Shown: positions 13,960 through 26,200 of the stretch, in pieces
Layout: every line of letters begins with the position of its first letter
Numbering within the stretch: the stretch's first letter is position 1
Origin: Laetmonice hystrix
Taxonomy: Eukaryota
Reading direction: 5' to 3'
DNA length: 64,000 bases
Assembly: GCA_965235115.1 (NCBI GenBank)
Contig: OZ249436.1
Span: 4,466,001 to 4,530,000 of the forward strand
Translations under genes and position numbers: made by a program
The notes under the pieces: model-generated
Told to the model about the DNA's origin: nothing
The model's input: only the letters and a program-made list of their open reading frames with translations
Database searches by the model: none

Positions 13960-14934
13960 ACACTTAGTTCAGTGGACTAGATATTGTTGACACTTAGTTC
14001 AGTGGACCAGATATTGACACTTAGTTCAGTGGACCAGATATTTATTGTTGACACTTAGTTCAGTGGACCAGATATATATTGTTGACACTTAGTTCAGTGG
14101 ACCAGATATTTATTGTTGACACTTAGTTCAGTGGACCAGATATTTATTGTTGACACTTAGTTCAGTGGACCAGATATTTATTGTTGACACTTAGTTCAGT
14201 GGACCAGATATTTATTGTTGACACTTAGTTCAGTGGACCAGATATTTATTGTTGACACTTAGTTCAGTGGACCAGATATATATTGTTGACACTTAGTTCA
14301 GTGGACCAGATATTTATTGTTGACACTTAGTTCAGTGGACCAGATATATATTGTTGACACTTAGTTCAGTGGACCAGACATTTATTGTTGACACTTAGTT
14401 CAGTGGACCAGACATTTATTGTTGACACTTAGTTCAGTGGACCAGATATATATTGTTGACACTTAGTTCAGTGGACCAGATATTTATTGTTGACACTTAG
14501 TTCAGTGGACCAGATATTTATTGTTGACACTTAGTTCAGTGGACCAGATATTTATTGTTGACACTTAGTTCAGTGGACCAGATATTTATTGTTGACACTT
14601 AGTTCAGTGGACCAGATATTTATTGTTGACACTTAGTTCAGTGGACCAGATATTTATTGTTGACACTTAGTTCAGTGGACCAGATATTTATTGTTGACAC
14701 TTAGTTCAGTGGACCAGATATTTATTGTTGACACTTAGTTCAGTGGACCAGATATTTATTGTTGACACTTAGTTCAGTGGACCAGATATTTATTGTTGAC
14801 ACTTAGTTCAGTGGACCAGATATTTATTGTTGACACTTAGTTCAGTGGACCAGACATTTATTGTTGACACTTAGTTCAGTGGACGACCAAATATATATTG
14901 ACACTTAGTTCAGTGGACCAGATATATATTGTTG
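13960..14934. repeat. 34-bp minisatellite (~28 copies) derived from the last codons and stop of gene B
   Basis: Unit acacttagttcagtggaccagatatttattgttg; the terminal copy is the coding QQYISGPLN*. Confidence 0.95.
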
Positions 14935-17900
14935 AAAGTCGATAGCCAACTTCACTTGGTTTTGTTTTCTCAATGTCCTCAGATAATCAAAAGTCGCCTG
15001 CTGTGAATCCATAGTGATGTTGAGCTCATTGTAGAGATACTTGAGACCGTCACTGCGAGCTTTCTCCACGATTGCCTTGGCTGTGGCTGTGGCTTTCGCT
15101 TGAAGTAGATTAGACTGGGCTGCGGCGTTCTGACTGATCTCTAAGGCAGCATTCTCTGCTTGCTTGACCTGAAGGCAGAGTAACATTTAGTATTCAGACA
15201 ATGTGCCGCCTCCGGGGGGATGTCAACTATTATGCACGATAGACTTAAGGACAAGTGCTAGTGTGAGGCCAAAAAAAATTTTTAGACAGATTTTTTTTTT
15301 TAAATTTTGCAGATAAATTTCTATTTGTCATAACGGTCTTCAAGTTATAGAAGTGGTTAAAAAAAAGTTTGATTTTGAACATTTTCACTTTTGCTCATTT
15401 CCACCAGTGAAAATGTTCAAAGTCAAAATTTTTTTCCCTTTTTTTACCACTTCTATTTGTCATAACACCGTTCTGACAAAAAAAAGTGGTTAAAAAAAGA
15501 GAAAAATTGTCTTCATTAACATGAAGAAAATACCAACTTCAAACGCTCTTAAAAAAACTAAGCCGGCGAGGTATCATTTTTTTGCTGAATTTTGAAAGAG
15601 GACAACATACTCTGTTTATCTGCAAAATTTAAAAAAAATCAAAATATTTTGGCCTCACACTAGCACTTGTCCTTAACCTGATCCACTACCGCGATTTCCC
15701 TTGCGACGGCCATGCGATTTTTGATTTTATGGTGGAATTTCACTCTGTAATTTTTCCTGGCTGGTCTTCCCTGTTTCTGGAAATGGGTTCCATCTTTTTA
15801 TCACAGTGAAATAAAAGGGTGATGTTAAATGTCGCAAAAGCAATCACCTTAATGGAAACAGCCCTTAAATCAAACTTCCAAATTTTATATTTCCCCGTGA
15901 CACGTGTACCATCAGATTTATCCTAATGAGGTTATCAGGAGAAACATGGCCGCAGACCGCAGCGACCTCTCTGGGCCATATCTTTGCCTTTACATAATAA
16001 TTCTGATCTACTAGATTTTTATTTAGGAAATCAACCCTGATAATAAAATATTAATTCCTTCCCATAAATCGGGCCTTTCTCGCTAGTTGATGGTATTTCG
16101 TCCCCTGTCGAGACGATATATATTGTTACATAATTAGCCCTACCAGCTGGTCCGACTCCTTTCTGACGATAATCGCAGTCTGGTAAAGTTTCTCCCTCTG
16201 GTTCTGCTCCTGTAAGACGAGCGCCTGGAGGTAGCGTTCGTTCAGTTCTGGAGGAATGCCGAGCTCGTGAAGTTGGAAATACCTGACCTCAGCAAACAGT
16301 GCCCAGTCTGACTCCGTGCACGAGTCGTATTGCTTACACCCCGGCGTGCACGGACCTGCAGCATAGATAGATAGGTCTACCACTGAAAAACACGAGTTAA
16401 CCGGTACGTCTACTCAAGTCAGGAACCTGTATAAGAAAAGAGACCCAGACCCTCCCCCCGCCCCCGGCCCCGATCATGTCTCTTGCCAACTTTTGATACA
16501 CACTTTTGTGGTGGGTCCAGGATTTCAGGGGGGCACCTTTTGGTGGATCATCAATGGCCCATTTTCGGGGGGCGTGGGGGTCCTCCACCAGAATTTTTTC
16601 AGAAACGTCGGGGACAAGTTTTCTGAAAGTTTTCATGGAAGTAACATTATGTTTTGACGGATACCGACGTGTTGCCTCATAGTTCAATCACCAACCGCTC
16701 GGAGCGCTACGATCGCAATGTTTCTGCAAACTAATTCGTTCGGAGCGCTGATCCCAACAAAACTGTTCCGGTGTCCCATATAGAAAGTACCCCATATAAT
16801 TTGTACTCTCCAGTACAAATTATATTATATAAAATGTACTCCCGGGAGTAGATTCTATATAGATAATAAGTACCCCCTTCATATAATTTGGACTCCCCTT
16901 CATATGGCAGAAGTATGGGGTGAGTTATATATGGGTGTATTATATATGGGGTTAGGGTTGGGTTAGGGTTAGGGTCAGTATTATCTAGATAATAGTTACT
17001 GGGGAGTACGTTTTATATGGGGAGTATATATTAGATGTCACACCGGCAGTGGCTTCATGTCAACAAAAGGTGGCTTCATGTCAACAATAGGTGGCTTCAT
17101 GTCAACAATAGGTGGCGGGGGGGGGGGGGTTCAGCCTATGACAGTTTATGAGAGAAAAACATAGAGTTTCCAGGAGTAGGAGAGGGGTAGAAATATCATG
17201 TCTAATTGAAAATGTTGTTTCAAATGTACCCCCCCAAAAAAACTCCCTTCCCCCAAAATTTTAATTGGCCTATAAAAAAGTAAAAGTAGTATGGAACTGT
17301 GGGCCCCCATCGTTCTTAGGGAGCCCCCCCCCCCCCCCCCGTCGTTAGTTCAAATTTCTTTTTTTTTCTTAAATACTCCTGGTCACCAGGGAGCTTATAA
17401 TAGGGGGCAAAATCAACGATTACCTTGGCCAACCTTCCCACAGTTCAGTTCGCAGCAACTCCCACCAAGCCTTTCCCGAAGAGCCTGAAACAGCGCGTCC
17501 TCGATCTTTTGTCGTTCTAAGAAATACTCTCGGTTGGTGAATAATGTAGCTTTGCTCTAAGCGAATAAAAACAGGATTATAATTATTTATGATGTTGAAC
17601 AATTATACGAGCATATTTAGTATTTTTGTTTTATATCATTTTGTTCTAGATATTTTATTTTTGTGTAGAAAACAATAGATCTCTACTGATAATATGAGTA
17701 GATTCTAACCTTGATGGCGTCACGGGCGTTCTTGCGCAGCACGGGGGCGTAGTGAAGGTCAAAGTTAGCGTGCAGGTATCGCAGCTGGTGAGGTCGGAGA
17801 AAATAGATCATGGTGGCTGAGATGGTCACCTGTGGAGGGGAGACAGTGATCACAATGAACCCATGTAGGTACGTCAGCTGGTGAGGTCGGTAAAAATAGA

Positions 17901-19113
17901 TCATGGTGGCTGAGATGGTCACCTGTGGAGGGGAGACAGTGATCACAATGAACCCATGTAGGTACGTCAGCTGGTGAGGTCGGTAAAAATAGATCATGGT
18001 GGCTGAGATGGTCACCTGTGGAGGGCAGACAGTGATCACAATGAACCCATGTAGGTACATCAGCTGGTGTGGTCGGAGAAAATAGATCATGGTGGCTGAG
18101 ATGGTCACCTGTGGAGGGGAGACAGTGATCACAATGAACTCATGTAGGTACGTCAGCTGGTGAGGTCGGTAAAAATAGATCATGGTGGCTGAGATGGTCA
18201 CCTGTGGAGGGCAGACAGTGATCACAATGAACCCATGTAGGTACGTCAGCTGGTGAGGTCGGTAAAAATAGATCATGGTGGCTGAGATGGTCATGCCCCC
18301 CATGCCCTCGTGGAGGGGGCAGACAAACGCCATTGTCCAAGATGAACACAAACAATAGGTTAGAAGGGGGGGGGGGGGTGTGCTCAATACTGGTCCTACC
18401 TCGAGTCGGTCGGCGTTGAAGACAGTCTGTCGAGAGAACACCTCGACATGCGCCTTGGCCGGGAAGATCTTGAACTCGTAGTCGGGTCCGGTCATATATC
18501 GACCTACTTGGTACACGTGGCTCACGTCTACACGTCCTGTCGTCCGGCGCCGTCGGAAACCCAGCTTAAGACATAATCGATTATTACCGCTTTTTCTATA
18601 TAACAAAGGCATTTAAAGATCATTTAACTCGATTAAAAGAAACATTGAGGGCGGGGGCCCCTTCCTAATTTGTGAATGGTAAAGGGGGATCGCTATTTTA
18701 CTCAAGCCAAAAGAACAACAAAAGCAACAACAACATTACAACAACAGCAGCAGCGGCATCAAGGAATCTAGCCAGAAATGCATTCCATTTACCACTAGCC
18801 TACCTGCCATATCAATACATAATATTCAATCACTTTAAGTGATTGATTAATTGATCTTTATCATTTCTGCCTTTGGATACGCTTACTCTTGAGGTGGTAC
18901 TTCCCCTCCTGAACATTTAGCAAGCATTTTTACCTGGGGGGCAGACCCCCCCCCCCCCCGCGCCGTACCCCCAGGAATCCCTGCCTTGAGGGGCGGTCTT
19001 ACCTCATAATACTCGATTCCATTGAAACTCATCGGCAATAACAGAATTAGAAGTAGAACCACTGCAGCAACCGCGATGGCAACTATAAATAAAATTTTCT
19101 TGACCTCCATCAT
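14905..19113 (-). CDS. SPFH/Band-7 domain membrane protein, paralog B (334 aa, 6 coding exons)
   Basis: Exons 19113-19003, 18564-18400, 17829-17710, 17556-17424, 16355-16144, 15168-14905 (111+165+120+133+212+264 nt). All introns are GT-AG and the joined frame is open to TAA. N-terminal TM, SPFH-like core (GRYMTGPDYEFKIFP; FNADRLEVTISATMIY; FTNREYFLERQKIEDALF; AEVRYFQL), Ala/Gln/Lys-rich coiled-coil tail. Confidence 0.88.
15249..15672. mobile_element. MITE with TTAA target duplication (Kolobok-like ends)
   Basis: TTAA|GGACAAGTGCTAGTGTGAGGCCAAAA ... TTTTGGCCTCACACTAGCACTTGTCC|TTAA. Confidence 0.85.
16768..17046. mobile_element. Palindromic MITE-like element with a short GGGTTA tract
   Basis: ccggtgt...acaccgg ends; internal inverted gtaccccatata / tatatggggagta motifs. 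Confidence 0.55.
17774..18293 (-). repeat. 93-bp tandem duplication of the acceptor plus 5' half of exon 3, gene B
   Basis: Acceptor AGs at 17830, 17923, 18016, 18109, 18202; each unit encodes 31 aa with no stop. Confidence 0.95.
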
Positions 19114-19479
19114 GATACGTATCCTTCCGGTCTGTCCAAGATATCAATCGTCATAGATCAGTGAACTGACTATAACTGACTACTCAACCCTACGTAGACC
19201 CCGTCAGGCCTCAACCGTTTCTACAACAGTCACGGTTGTCATTGGGTGTTTACAGTGCATGCCAAGGTCAGGTAATCCCCAATATACCACTCTTGTCCCA
19301 TACAGAGACTTCCATACCATAAGGCGATTTGTGGTAGAGCTAAGTTAGGATATTGGTCATTATATGGAGGCCGAATTAGTGGTTATTATGACTCCTATAG
19401 CATTCTTTGGGGCCGATTCTGCCATCCTCATACTATAATCAGGAAGAGCTATAAACAATTCTGTCTCTACACTAAATAT

Positions 19480-19635
19480 CTGGTCCCGGTTTCAGGAAAT
19501 GGTTAAAATCGTGGTTAACTCTGACTTTAACCAAGATTGGATAACTATCTGTTTCCTGATTGGTTCTCTGATTGGGTCAGATTTATCTCGAACAACTTAA
19601 TTAACTTAACCACTTTCTTGAAACCGCGGGACCAG
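19480..19635. mobile_element. Small palindromic MITE
   Basis: ctggtcccggtttcaggaaatggttaa ... ttaaccactttcttgaaaccgcgggaccag. Confidence 0.6.
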
Positions 19636-21780
19636 ATCTCTCTGAAACAAAATCTATACACCGGATATACTAAAATAATGGCAAGCCAGGGCCCTACCGC
19701 ATGGGAACCGGTACACTTAGCTAACCACACAAACACACCTCTCTATAACAGGATAGATGGGGGCACCTTCTCTATAAACCCCACTCTGAGACAACTTCCT
19801 ATAATCCTCCACAGCTCCTGGCTTTGGCCCCTCTGACACTCTCCAAATAGGATTACGATTCATGGCTTATGGTTGTTAGGTTACAGGCGTGACCACCCTT
19901 GGTAAACAATACTATAGGTGTTTGCAACAGGCTGTTGGATACGACCAAAGGTCAGGATAACGGGCCCTGCAATAGGTAAAAATTATCTTAATTAATTCAT
20001 TAACACTAACTGCTGTGTTAGGCCACTCCACTGCTGAACGTGAGTACTAATATTTCTTAACAAAACGACACGTTATTGACGAAACTAAGTGTTGTTGTAG
20101 TCAGGTTTTGCCGTACTCACCAAACGTCTTCTCTCAGCCGCGGCAACGTTTTCCGCGGGTGATCTTTCACTTTCCCGCATGGGGGCAGCACTGTGATCCT
20201 GCATAACTTGACAGACCGGATTGTAAATGTAATCGGGAATCGTCATGTCAAGTTTGTTTTGGTTCTTGGCATGGAATGAAAGGAAAACTTAAGTTAAGGA
20301 ATACGTCACAGCAAGATGTGATACCTTACAACCACCAATTGCAAATGAATTTAGTCAGCAGCCGCTAGAGGTGAGGAACGTAGACCTATGTGTCGGCGGA
20401 TTGCTAAGCCTCGAGATATCGCGGTCAGTAGACCGATAGAGGGCGCTGTCGGCCGACTGTTGGTAATCATTAACTGGTGAGTCTAAACGAGAGCTTTGGC
20501 CAGCCTCTAACGATCGACTGCATTGTCCACTGCCTCTGTGTCCATGGGGAAAGGATTGATCAGGTTGGTGCCGGGATACTTGGATGGTTCTTACATTATG
20601 ATGTGGATTAGAGGCTATGACGTCACTTGGTTCGTCTGCATGACGAAATTATTTGTTATTTTAATCCTGGAAGACTTCATGAATCACGAGTGAGGATTGA
20701 AGGCAGGAATACAGCAACGTTTGAATTTGACGAGTTAGGTCCTTGAATAATGATTTAACAATAACACAGTGTCCACCAGTCGGGCTGAGCCGACCAGGAG
20801 ACGAGAATAACTTAAAGCTAGACAGTAGGCTTGGTGTCCACACAACTATTGTGTAGTTACTTAGATATTATAATTTATATACTTTACATTCTGCCTTATA
20901 TTCATCATTTACAGAGGACATACTTGTAGCATTGTGACTCATTATCCGTGGATAACCTAATGTCATGAATTACATTATGTGTTTTGGCCTGCCTGGCCAC
21001 ACTAGATTCACGGTTGATAGATACACACTGTTTTTATTCTCAACTTGCGGCAGGTAAATCGCCGAGACAGTGCATTTTTTATTAACAAACATAATACCAT
21101 TGATTACCATTCTCAGACCGGTGTTAAGTGTGTGCTTTGAGGTTAAACTTTAAAAGCTTGGTGGTTTCATCGAGACTTTTTGTTTGTTGGTTAATTTGCT
21201 GTTTTCGGGGGCGGCGCTGTTAGCTTCAACAGTTGGCACCATGTAGTCATTAAAGTATGATGTAACACTACAACAGATCAAAGGATGCAACGGCCTGCAT
21301 AAATACAGAATATTTTTATTTAGTTCATCTCAAAGACAAAGTACCATAGTACAAACAAATGTTTCCATGGCCGTAGTTGATATCTACTTAGGCATTAAAA
21401 ACAGATACCATATAAAAAGACCTTTCATCTGAAGAATATTATTTCAATTTAAATTTCCATTGGTGAGTACTACGTAGTGGTACTTTTACGTCGTGTCGCC
21501 ATCGAAGGGTAGCTTCACGCCGAAAACCCGATGAGAATATTGACCAGTGATTCTCAAGGGAATTGTAGTTAGTAGTAATGATTATTGACATCGCCAAGAC
21601 ATTGTGTCCATACATTATACATAATGTGACAAGGTGTCTGCATAGTATTTGATCCCTGTAGTCTGTTTGCCAACTCGATGTGGATGTTACTGCTGCTAAG
21701 CTAACACTCAATTACTTGCTGGTTCTGAGGGGCGGGGCCTATTTTGCTGAGGGCCTAGATCTAGAGACACATAACTCCTG

Positions 21781-21946
21781 GGCCCGGTTTTTAGTTCGCA
21801 AACCGAGTCTTAAAATTCAAATCTTAAAGCTAAAATCTTGTATCAGACCTTCTGATTGGTCCTTCAAATGACGAGAGACCATAACACAAGTCACTCTTAA
21901 AATTCTAGGCTCAAGATTGGTAAAATGACGAACTAAAAACCAGGGC
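21781..21946. mobile_element. MITE with CWG 3-bp TSD (PIF/Harbinger-like); same family as 42686 and 55431
   Basis: ctg|ggcccggtttttagttcg ... cgaactaaaaaccagggc|ctg; the interior matches the 55431-55606 copy in reverse orientation. Confidence 0.8.
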
Positions 21947-22343
21947 CTGGGCATCCCTCTGGATTCACGCCTTTTTGTGGCAGGCGAGGGTTGGGCAAAA
22001 GAAACGCGTGAGTGCAATATGTTGTCCTTGTGCGATAGGGGAAGGAAGAGGGGGGGGGGCATGATAAATAATTCAGGAGGTTCTATGGGGGAACAGAAAA
22101 AATTGTTGGGGGAGGGGGTTGCGCCCCGATCCACCTATGGACACTTATACCATAACAGGCACTATATTTCTGATATCTGAGAATTTTAACTCCTCGGTTT
22201 TTTCTTCATTCAACACGCAGCTCCTAGAACCCGTCTGGATCTGACGTCCCACCCGTGTCAGTAGGTCCATGAGGTGGTGTATGAGGTCATTGCTGCGGTA
22301 TACCGTTTGTCCTGAATCTCAGTAAACCATCTCTGTCACCATC

Positions 22344-23280
22344 CCCTCAAACATTCACCACAAACTGACACGATCAGGTACATGATTGTCCCCTCAAACA
22401 TTCACAAACTGACACGATCAGGTACATGATTGTGCCCTCAAACATTCACCACAAACTGACACGATCAGGTACATGATTGTCCCGTCAAACATTCACCACA
22501 AACTGACACGATCAGGTACATGATTGTCCCCTCAAACATTCACAAACTGACACGATCAGGTACATGATTGTGCCCTCAAACATTCACCACATACTGACAC
22601 GATCAGGTACATGATTGTGCCCTCAAACATTCACCACAAACTGACACGATCAGGTACATGATTGTCCCCTCAAACATTCACCACAAACTGACACGATCAG
22701 GTACATGATTGTCCCCTCAAACATTCACCACAAACTGACACGATCAGGTACATGATTGTCCCCTCAAACATTCACCACAAACTGACACGATCAGGTACAT
22801 GATTGTCCCGTCAAACATTCACCACAAACTGACACGATCAGGTACATGATTGTCCCCTCAAACATTCACCACAAACTGACACGATCAGGTACATGATTGT
22901 CCGCTCAAACATTCACCACAAACTGACACGATCAGGTACATGATTGTCCACAGACATTGGCCCCGACATGTACTGTTGGTAGTCGATGACAGGAGGGGAA
23001 CAGGTACATGATTGTCCGCACAGATTGGCCCCGACATGTACTGTTGGTAGTCGATGACAGGAGGGGAACAGGTACATGATTGTCCACAGACATTGGCCCC
23101 GACATGTACTGTTGGTAGTCGATGACAGGAGGGGAACAGGTACATGATTGTCCGCACAGATTGGCCCCGACATGTACTGTTGGTAGTCGATGACAGGAGA
23201 GGATCAGGTACATGATTGCCCGCAGACTTGGTCACGGCCTTACTTCATTGGCCCCGACATGTACTGTTGGTAGTCGATGG
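22344..23280. repeat. Compound array downstream of gene C: 47-bp units, then ~68-bp units copying the terminal codons
   Basis: 47-mer ccctcaaacattcaccacaaactgacacgatcaggtacatgattgtc (~13 copies) grades, via the shared caggtacatgattgtcc, into 4 units containing ttggccccgacatgtactgttggtagtcgatg (= IDYQQYMSGP). Confidence 0.92.
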
Positions 23281-26200
23281 CCAGTTTCACTCTGTCTTGT
23301 TTTCTCATCGTTCTCAGATAGTCAAAGGCGGCACGATGTTCGTTTGAGGTGATTGCTAGCTCATTGTAGAGATACTTGAGACCGTCACTGCGAGCTTTCT
23401 CCACGATTGCCTTGGCTGTGGCTCTGGCTTTCGCCTGAAGTAGATTAGACTGGGCTGTGGCGTTCTGACTGATCTCTAAGGCAGCATTCTCTGTTTGTTT
23501 GACCTGGAAACACATGAGGCATCATGAGTACATCTCAGCGGATATGGAGGTGTGGCTGGGGCGGGTCCAGGATTTTGGTAGGGGGGGGGGGGGGGGGGGG
23601 GGTTAAGGGGGATAAGCAGTACCAGAATAAGAGTGCGTATCTTCAGTGTACAAAATTAATGATTAACTCTTCAAGTCTTGGCCAGGATGTTTTCTGATAG
23701 TATTCATTTCTTATATAAATGATCCGGAACTGACACGGTTGGGTCCTTTTGTTGCAAGCTTTCAGCTTCCCAGCTTCTCAAAAGCCTGGAGAGCCCACTG
23801 GACTTGTGCCTAAAATACATTTACAATGTACATAGTCATTTTACACCGTCATTTTACATTTTAGTAAATAGTGAAATACGTACCAGTTGGTCTGTTTCCT
23901 TTCTGATAATCGTTCCAGTCTGGAACAGCAACTCCTTCTGATTCTCCTCCTGTAGGACGAGCGCCTGGAGGTAGCGTTCGTTCAGCTCTCGAGGAATGCC
24001 GAGCTCGTGAAGTTGGAAATACCTGACCTCGGCAAACAGTGCCCAGTCTGACTCCGTGCACGAGTCGTATTGCTTACACCCCGGCGTGCACGGACCTAAA
24101 CACATGGTGACAAACAAAATACATGGTTACTTTGTGATGGAATACATAGATCAGGAGTAGAACCCATTGATGCCCTCAGTACATGATGAGTAGATCAGGA
24201 GTAGAACCCATTGATGCCCTCAGAACATGATGAGTAGATCAGAACCCATTGATGCCCTCAGTACATGATGAGTAGATCAGAACCCATTGATGCCCTCAGT
24301 ACATGATGAGTAGATCAGAACCCATTGATGCCCTCAGTACATGATGAGTAGATCAGGAGTAGAACCCATTGATGCCCTCAGTACATGATGAGTAGATCAG
24401 GAGTAGAACCCATTGATGTCCTCAGTACATGATGAGTAGATCAGGAGTAGAACCCATTGATGCCCTCAGTACATGATGAGTAGATCAGGAGTAGATCCCA
24501 TTGATGCCCTCAGTACATGGTGAGTAGATCAGGAGTAGAACCCATTGATGCCCTCAGTACATGATGAGTAGATCAGAACCCATTGATGCCCTCAGTACAT
24601 GATGAGTAGATCAGGAGTAGAACCCATTGATGCCCTCAGTACATGATGAGTAGATCAGGAGTAGAACCCATTGATGTCCTCAGTACATGATGAGTAGATC
24701 AGGAGTAGAACCCATTGATGCCCTCAGTACATGATGAGTAGATCAGGAGTAGATCCCATTGATGCCCTCAGTACATGGTGAGTAGATCAGGAGTAGAACC
24801 CATTGATGCCCTCAGTACATGATGAGTAGATCAGAACCCATTGATGCCCTCAGTACATGATGAGTAGATCAGAACTCATTGATGCCCTCAGTACATGATG
24901 AGTAGATCAGAACCCATTGATGCCCTCAGTACATGATGAGTAGATCAGAACCCATTGATGCCCTCAGTACATGATGAGTAGATCAGAACCCATTGATGCC
25001 CTCAGTACATGATGAGTAGATCAGAACCCATTGATGCCCTCAGTACATGATGAGTAGATCAGGAGTAGAACCCATTGATGCCCTCAGTACATGATGAGAT
25101 CAGGAGTAGAACCCATTGATGCCCTCAGTACATGATGAGTAGATCATGAGTAGAACCCATTGATGCCCTCAGTACCTGATGCGTCTAACCACCATGTGGT
25201 GCGCCATTTGCCCTTTTTATGACTAAAACGGGAACTTGTCAGTGTGAAGGTGGAGCCTATCGGAGGACAGGGCGTGTGCACGTGTTTATAGTTTTACCAA
25301 ATAACAGAAGTTGCAAGCATAAACTATTAAGGACGTTTGTCACCTTGGCCAACCTTCCAACAGTTGAGTTCGCAGCATCTCCCGCCAAGTCGCTCCTTGA
25401 CGGCCTTAAAGAGGGCGTCCTCAATCTTCTGGCGTTCAGATATGTACTCACGGTTGCTGAATAGCGTTGCGGTGCCCTGGATGGAAATGTTAAAACAAAA
25501 TGATGCGAATATAATAACCTGAAAACTTGGTTTGTCTTTCTTAAAGGTGCTATTCGTCTCTCACAGAATGGCATTTCTCCTATCATACATTGTGCACATA
25601 GTACTAGAAAAAATTCCTACCGATACCATTGGCCTGATAAACCTTCTATTAGTTTGTGTGCAGCATTTGAAACCTATCTCGGTGCGCACCGAGATAGAGC
25701 CATTTCCTATGGTGAGGCGTGTCAGGGTCTCCACAGGCCTTCTGAGAGAGCCCCATTTGTGCCGTTATCCATGAAAAATTTTGATTTCCTTTGTTGTGAA
25801 TCTATTTCCATGATAGGTGGGATCACATAAACGTCAACAAAATTAAAAATAAAAAAAATGAATTTTTGTTCACGAATAGCACCTTTAAACCTACAGCAAA
25901 AGTTCCTCACTAACGTACCTTTGAACACCAGTAACAACATACAAAGTGTCTAAGGTCACACCGATAAGTGGAACACTGTCTACGGCGACTTTCTAAAAAT
26001 ACCGCCCGGGTCATTCCCTATTTCCCACGCGAGACAGCGGGAGCTATATCTATTAATAGATTGAGATAAGGGCCAAATAGGGTAAACAAACCGACAAAGC
26101 CAGCGGGAGAATGTCTCTACATTGCGGTTGATTATTCCTTTATTAAAGATCAAACCATCACAGAATTGTAGGTAAGAACAAGCTTGTTCATGCTGAACAC

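Noticed and set aside
10611..14934. Regularly spaced direct repeats resembling CRISPR arrays
   Set aside because: Head-to-tail units with no unique spacers, no cas genes, and a eukaryotic context.
16948..16974. Telomere-like GGGTTA repeats
   Set aside because: Only about four imperfect units inside a MITE-like element.
17683..18612. 309-aa ORF as a single-exon gene
   Set aside because: It is exon 2 + intron 2 + exon 3 of gene B read through; paralog exon sizes define the splice sites.
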